Below are positions 59,185 to 64,000 of a DNA stretch of 64,000 nt, one piece after another; position 1 is the stretch's first letter, and the number at the start of each line of letters is the position of its first letter. The stretch is from an uncultured Fibrobacterota bacterium. GTDB lineage: Bacteria > Fibrobacterota > Chitinivibrionia > Chitinivibrionales > FEN-1185. A model generated the notes under the pieces. It made no database searches. It was not told the DNA's origin and saw only the letters and a program-made list of their open reading frames with translations. Made by a program: the position numbers and the translations under genes. The stretch spans positions 64,001 to 128,000 of the forward strand of contig CAVSQB010000026.1 in the NCBI GenBank assembly GCA_963729895.1, written 5' to 3'.

Positions 59185-59318
59185 CTCACCCCCAGGCTGC
59201 CTCTTTCGCAGGAGTCACCAGGGCTTGATTACCAGTCCACAACTGTCAACGGTGTTGTCCTCCGGATTCTGGGCAGCCTGCGCCGCAGGGCGCCCGCGCA
59301 CAGCTTCCGGACGACCCA
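59141..59318 (-). promoter_or_regulatory. Structured cis-regulatory leader RNA of pckG (family not recognised)
   Basis: Begins just after a promoter; nested stems GUCGUCCGGA/UCCGGAGGAC and GGGC..CCUGC/GCAGG..GCCC; ends in terminator. Confidence 0.65.
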
Positions 59319-59323
59319 CTAAA

Positions 59324-59351
59324 ATAATAGCCGAACAGAGAAAAAGGGCAA
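59324..59351 (-). promoter_or_regulatory. Sigma-70-like promoter for leader+pckG
   Basis: TTGCCC-N16-TATTAT on the minus strand. Confidence 0.55.
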
Positions 59352-59443
59352 GGAAATCTTTGGATCGCCGCGGCAGGCCGCGAGGCCGAATACCTCGGTA
59401 GCCGACAATGGCCCGAGGCATGGGCGATTATTAGTTTCTTATT

Positions 59444-59783
59444 ATGAAAGTGAGGCTCACCTTGTCATCCCGGCGACCGCGGCACTGCCAGACAGGTGCG
59501 TCAATACGGCGACAGCCTTGTGTGCGTGAGATACCGGTATGATGAAGCGCTCCACAAACGCTTTAAAACCGTGGAACTGAAAATAGACGAGGTTCCATGG
59601 AAGCCGGAGCCGACCAAGGATGAAATAGTTTTGATACGGGTGCAGTGGAACGAAAAGAAAGTCCAGAAGCAGGTTAAGAAAGCAGGCAGAAGATGGGACA
59701 AAGAAAGGAAAATCTGGCTGCTTCGTTATGGAAAACTGAAGGATCTCGGATTGACATCACGGATGATGGGAACGGAGGGATAG
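59444..59783 (+). pseudogene. Frameshifted small basic hypothetical gene (family recalled as frequent near integron integrases)
   Basis: ATG 59444 gives MKVRLTL; removing one base near 59465 restores HPGDRGTARQVRQYGDSLVCVRYRYD...KTVEL. Confidence 0.6.
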
Positions 59784-59927
59784 GGTAGCAACCAGATAAT
59801 GACCGCCCTGTAATTCGGAAATAGGTGACCCTGGAAGAAATTTCAGAATCTTGTGAAATCGAGGAAGCATAAGCTTGCGTCCGCAGATTTGAAAATAGCC
59901 AATTTTCATACTGTTCAAAGGATAGAG

Positions 59928-60341
59928 ATGAATAGCATTCAAACATCGAAAGAATACGCCGTTTTGTTGAATGAAGTGAGAGATCGTATTCGTTCTTCTC
60001 AATATGCAGCGTTCAAAGCGGTGAACAAGAAATTGATAAATTTATGCTGGGACATTGGAAGAAAGATTCTTGAACGGCAAACCAAGTATGGATGGGGAAA
60101 ATCCGTTGTTCTCAATTTGTCAAAAGACCTTCAAAATGAATTCCCGGGCATGGTGGGTTTTTCCGCACAGAATTTGTGGTATATGCGCCAGTTTTTTCTT
60201 GAATATAGTCGGGACAAGAAACTCCAACCATTGGTTGGAGAAATAAGCTGGGCAAAGCATTTGGTAATTATGAGCCGATCCAAGGATGATTTGGAACGGC
60301 GCCCTAAAAGCAACCAACAGCCGCGTTACGTTCGCCCGTAG
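59928..60341 (+). pseudogene. Truncated DUF1016/YhcG protein (N-terminal domain only)
   Basis: AVN..LI...WDIG..I, WGKSVV..LSKDL, GFS.QNLWYMRQF, ISWAKH; homology stops near 60300, PD-(D/E)XK domain missing; AT-rich. Confidence 0.8.
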
Positions 60342-60442
60342 CGGGCACATGTCCAGCGTCTGAAGTCAACGTGTCATGTCGCCCGCAGTGCTCCGTCACG
60401 TTTTCTAATGCTGGTCACGTCGTAACACGGCGCACGTTGCAG
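60312..60442 (+). other. attC-like integron cassette recombination site (degenerate)
   Basis: CAAC...GTTG core ends; GCCGCGTTACG / CGTAACACGGC near-perfect IR; inner ACATGTCCAGC / GCTGGTCACGT imperfect IR. Confidence 0.5.
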
Positions 60443-60626
60443 TCAATTCCCGGTGGTGTTTTTCGGACTTGGTCAACGTGTCGCATGATTCGACACAATA
60501 ATTGCACATGTCGCATATATTAAAAGGGTACTTTGGACCGCGCCTTCGTGCGGGTGCGGCGCGCGTTGTCACCGTAGGTCACCACAAAACGGGAAACAAA
60601 CAAGGAAACCCCGTCGCGTCGGCACC

Positions 60627-61007
60627 TCACTCGTCGAGCGCCGCCCTGTCCAGCGTAAAAATGATCAGCCGTTCCCCGCTCATGGTGCTGATGTCGGTAT
60701 GCATGCTTTTCACCTTGCGCTTCAGGATGTCCTTGACAATATCCTCGAGCAGCGGCCGGCCGTTTTCAAGCAGCTCGATGCGAACCTGCTTGATAAGATC
60801 GCGGGCCTTGGAGTTGCGCTCGCTCTTCACAAGCCGGTATTCCGCTCTGGTAAGCACGCCCTTGAGCCGCACGATCACCATGTCGTCGATGATATACGTT
60901 CGTGTCTCAAGCGGACCGCGCCCCATGTATTCCTTTTCGAACCGCGAGACGGCCTCGCTGATTTCGGCCTCAATCTGTCCTTTTGTCTTGTCCGCCTTGC
61001 CGAGCAT
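60627..61007 (-). CDS. DUF2294 / MpsC-family protein
   Basis: TKGQIEAEISEA...FEKEYMGRGP, D...VRL.GVLT.AE, KQVR..L.E, HTDIST.SGER.IIFTL. Confidence 0.9.
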   Translation of the reverse strand: MLGKADKTKGQIEAEISEAVSRFEKEYMGRGPLETRTYIIDDMVIVRLKGVLTRAEYRLVKSERNSKARDLIKQVRIELLENGRPLLEDIVKDILKRKVKSMHTDISTMSGERLIIFTLDRAALDE

Positions 61008-61263
61008 GGTTTCACTCTCAGTGCAACTCTGCGTGCATGGTATACAGGCGCTTCAGGCGGCCCGGACCTTCGTGTCGCACCTCCCGTAAGCTCCGCCAAA
61101 GTGCGGCGCGCGCGGCACGTCCACGAATAGCCGCCGGGAAGGTAAACATTCGGAACTCAGTACTTAGGGACGCCAAGCTTGCACATAAATACAATATGGT
61201 TCTCCATTTCCGGCAAGAAAAATCGGTTCTGCCCGTATTATCAGATAAGCGCTTAAAACCGTG

Positions 61264-62560
61264 TTGCCTCATAATAAAAGGTAACCGAAGGGTCAGATTC
61301 GATGCCTCACAAATGAGGTAACCGTAACAAGGTTGAAAATGGTTTTGAGTTTTCTTTCGATAGTCTTTTTTAATTGGAATGGATTGAGAGCACGGTGGGT
61401 CAGTTCAAGGCTTTGCTTGACTTCTGAAGCTATGTAAGGTGATTCAACGATTCTTTGATAGGGAGTTTTCGGTTCTTCATAGGTCTTGCGGTATCGAGAT
61501 CCTATCCGGATTTTAGATTTGAGTTTCAGCGATGGACAGAAGTGGTTTTGATAGAGAGACCACTCGTTGGCATAGAGGTCGTTAATGAGGGGAAGCGTGT
61601 CGGGGTTTTCGATCCGATCATAACCAAGCATGTGCCTGGCCTGCGCCCAGTTTTTCTGTTCGACATGGGCGTTGTCGTTTTTCTTGTAGGGACGTGACCG
61701 GGTGAACTTTACAGGGTCTTGTCGCACGGCGAAGTAGCGTTCGAGATGATAGTTGAGGAACTCGGACCCGTTATCACAGTCAAAGCCACGCAGGGCAAAA
61801 GGTATTCGTCGTTCGATGTCTTTAACCTGCTCAATGACACCCTGGGAGCCCTTATTCCACACAGCACGGCCTTCGGTCCAAGCAGTATGGATGTCAGTCA
61901 TGATAAGGCTCCACACAAATTCTCCGGCAAGGCTGGTGCCGCAATGGGCAACCGTATCCGCCTCCATGAATCCAGGCTGGGTAATATCCCAGTTGTCGGT
62001 ACGGATGGGGATTTGATTGCGCAGCATGGAGCCGGGCTTGGTGCCGCACAATCCCTTGCCCATACGCGTACGTAAAGGGCATAGGACGCGGTCAAGCGTG
62101 GAGCGGCTGACAGAGAGGAGCCGCGCACGGACTTCCTCGGAAAGCAGTTCAAAGGATTGTTCGTAGAATGGCAGCCATACTGGAATGACAACCTTAAGGC
62201 GGCGAGAGCACATGAAATCAGAGGCTTTCCAGATGTACTGTAACGCCTTAATAAAAAGCGGTTCAGCATATAAGGGTCTTCTTCCACGCTTGGCTTTTTG
62301 TTTCTGTTTGCGTTTTCCAAGTAGCCGGATAGCGTACTTGCGATTGTATCGGCAAATCGCACAAAACTCATCGAGAATCTGCTTTTTGCCGGCTCTGTTG
62401 GAATGGGCATATCGTTGTCGTATCGCTTCCCGATATGCTTCTTTTTCTTTGTGCCCCATAGTGGTAACCCCCTTTTTTCTTGGGTTACCTTAATTATGAG
62501 GCAACGAATCAATTGGTGCGTGTTTCGATTAAGCCTTCGGTTACATTTAATTTGAGGCAA
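61264..62560 (-). mobile_element. DDE insertion sequence (IS481-like/ISNCY) with duplicated terminal motifs
   Basis: TGCCTCA-N8/9-GTAACC motif twice at each end in inverted orientation; lower GC; no TSD evident. Confidence 0.8.
61293..62459 (-). CDS. Integrase-core (rve) DDE transposase
   Basis: YNRKYAIRLL, PGFMEADTVAHCG, DCDNGSEF, RSRPYKKNDNAHVEQKN, TPYQR. Confidence 0.9.
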   Translation of the reverse strand: MGHKEKEAYREAIRQRYAHSNRAGKKQILDEFCAICRYNRKYAIRLLGKRKQKQKAKRGRRPLYAEPLFIKALQYIWKASDFMCSRRLKVVIPVWLPFYEQSFELLSEEVRARLLSVSRSTLDRVLCPLRTRMGKGLCGTKPGSMLRNQIPIRTDNWDITQPGFMEADTVAHCGTSLAGEFVWSLIMTDIHTAWTEGRAVWNKGSQGVIEQVKDIERRIPFALRGFDCDNGSEFLNYHLERYFAVRQDPVKFTRSRPYKKNDNAHVEQKNWAQARHMLGYDRIENPDTLPLINDLYANEWSLYQNHFCPSLKLKSKIRIGSRYRKTYEEPKTPYQRIVESPYIASEVKQSLELTHRALNPFQLKKTIERKLKTIFNLVTVTSFVRHRI

Positions 62561-62750
62561 TGCGTCCGGAAAGATTATATTGGAAAGGTATAGAAAATCC
62601 ATGATTCGGTGGATATAATAGTGTCTGATCGGCGTGCCCCCATCTCTTCCGGGCACGGAAAAAATTGCCCAAAGGCGCCGATCCCAACGGGATTATCCCT
62701 TTCCATCGTACAGAGCGCAGGTTGCAGCCCGACGTGATGCAGCAGGAACC

Positions 62751-63704
62751 ATGAAACCGCTATCTGGAAGAATCCCTTATCCGTTGCTGATCGCTGCGGT
62801 CGCCTTTCTCCTTTCCGGCTGTTCAATGAAGAAAGTGACCGCGAACTTCGTAGCCGGTACGTTGTCGCGCGAAAGCAGCTCCTCGGTTTTTTCCGCAGAC
62901 GACGATCCCGAACTGGTGGGCGACGCGATGCCGTTTACGATCAAATTGTACGAATCGCTGCTCGCGGGTTCGCCCAACAATCCGTCGCTGCTGCTTGCCG
63001 CAGGAAGATCGCTGTGCATGTATGCATACGCATTTGTCCAGGTTCCGGCGGAGGAGATGTCCTACGCCGAGCTCGAACAAAAAGAAGAGATGCTCCAGCG
63101 CGCCAAACACCTTTACCTCAGGGGAAGAGACGACATCCTGAAGGCGATATCGGTGCGCCATCCGCACTTCACCGACAACCTGAACCAGGGAGACTACGAC
63201 GCCGCGTTCAAGGGGGTCACGGCGCGAGATACGTCGTATTTGTACTGGGCAGGCATGTCGTGGATGGCCGCGGCCATGGCCGACAAGAGCGACGTGGGGC
63301 TCACCGTCGACATTCCAAAGGCCGTCGCTCTCATCCGGAAAGTCATGGAATTCAAAGATTCCTACTGGGAGGGTGCGGCCCATGAGTTCTTCCTCTTGTA
63401 CTACGGCTCGATGCCGGCCGCCATGGGCGGGAGCGAGCCCAAGGCGCGCGAACATTTTGCGCTTGCGGTCAAGTATTCGAAAGGCGCCAAAGTAAGCCCC
63501 TACATCGCGCTTGCCACCACGGTGTGCGTCAGGAGCCAGAACCTGACGGAATTCAAGGCCCTGCTCGAAACCGCGCTCAAAGTGAATGTAAACAAGGATC
63601 TCAACAACCGGCTTGTCAATATTCTCAACCAGCATAAGGCGCGATGGCTTCTCGAACATGCAGACGATTACTTCCTGTCCGCAGAAGGAGACACCGTACA
63701 ATGA
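62751..63704 (+). CDS. TRAP transporter T-component (TatT) TPR lipoprotein
   Basis: Lipobox LSGC; DDDPELVGDAMPF.IK.YE.LL, RAK.LYLRG, MGG...A..HF..A; followed by a DctP gene. Confidence 0.88.
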   Translation: MKPLSGRIPYPLLIAAVAFLLSGCSMKKVTANFVAGTLSRESSSSVFSADDDPELVGDAMPFTIKLYESLLAGSPNNPSLLLAAGRSLCMYAYAFVQVPAEEMSYAELEQKEEMLQRAKHLYLRGRDDILKAISVRHPHFTDNLNQGDYDAAFKGVTARDTSYLYWAGMSWMAAAMADKSDVGLTVDIPKAVALIRKVMEFKDSYWEGAAHEFFLLYYGSMPAAMGGSEPKAREHFALAVKYSKGAKVSPYIALATTVCVRSQNLTEFKALLETALKVNVNKDLNNRLVNILNQHKARWLLEHADDYFLSAEGDTVQ

Positions 63705-64000
63705 CCATGCGATCTCCGGTTTGCTTTCTCGTCGCCGCGGTCCTGCTTGCGCAGGCGCCCGCGTTGGGCCTCACCATCAAGCTGGGCAGCCTTGCGCCGG
63801 CCGGATCCCCCTGGGACAAGGGTCTCAACAGGCTCGGCGCCGAATGGCAGAAAATTTCGTGCGGCGGCGTGGAACTCAAGATATACCCCGGCGGCATCGT
63901 GGGCGACGAATCGGACATGATCCGCAAAATGCGCATTGGTCAACTTACCGCCGCCGGGCTGTCGGGTGTGGGCCTGATGCGCATTTACCCGGACATCGTA
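63701..64000 (+). CDS. dctP: TRAP substrate-binding protein DctP/TatP (partial, runs off window)
   Basis: Hand translation ...IKLGSLAPAGSPWD...LKIYPGGIVGDESDMIRKMRIGQL; ATGA overlap with tatT. Confidence 0.88.
   Translation, partial: MTMRSPVCFLVAAVLLAQAPALGLTIKLGSLAPAGSPWDKGLNRLGAEWQKISCGGVELKIYPGGIVGDESDMIRKMRIGQLTAAGLSGVGLMRIYPDIV

Noticed and set aside
61178..61205. dif/Xer-like site (TGCACATAA...TATG) near the IS end
   Set aside because: The XerD arm match is poor; more likely promoter sequence.

Overview
GC-rich bacterial chromosomal window. The gene content (TSP3-OmpA proteins, T9SS-like C-terminal tails, DUF6175, TPAT transporter) suggests Fibrobacterota/Chitinivibrionia; this is inference only. 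The left third is housekeeping: uppS-cdsA-dxr-rseP; yceD-rpmF-plsX-fabHDG-acpP-fabF-rnc with a translationally coupled acyl-CoA dehydrogenase; ssb, panB, and glyA with a ZMP/ZTP riboswitch. The middle holds signalling, peptidase and envelope/secreted-protein genes, plus intact IS5 and IS3 elements with target duplications. The right end is the most interesting part. It carries a CO2/carboxyl-transfer cluster: pckG, accD, accA and a pyruvate/oxaloacetate carboxyltransferase fused to an AccB-type biotin carrier, with no biotin carboxylase in the window. This cluster is preceded by an unrecognised structured leader with an intrinsic terminator and, 1.3 kb further upstream, a DUF2294/MpsC gene; a decayed integron-like cassette remnant lies between them. 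A DDE IS with doubled terminal repeats and the start of a TPAT (TatT/TatP) transporter close the window. No rRNA, tRNA or CRISPR array was seen. All product calls come from motif recognition by eye; no searches were run.
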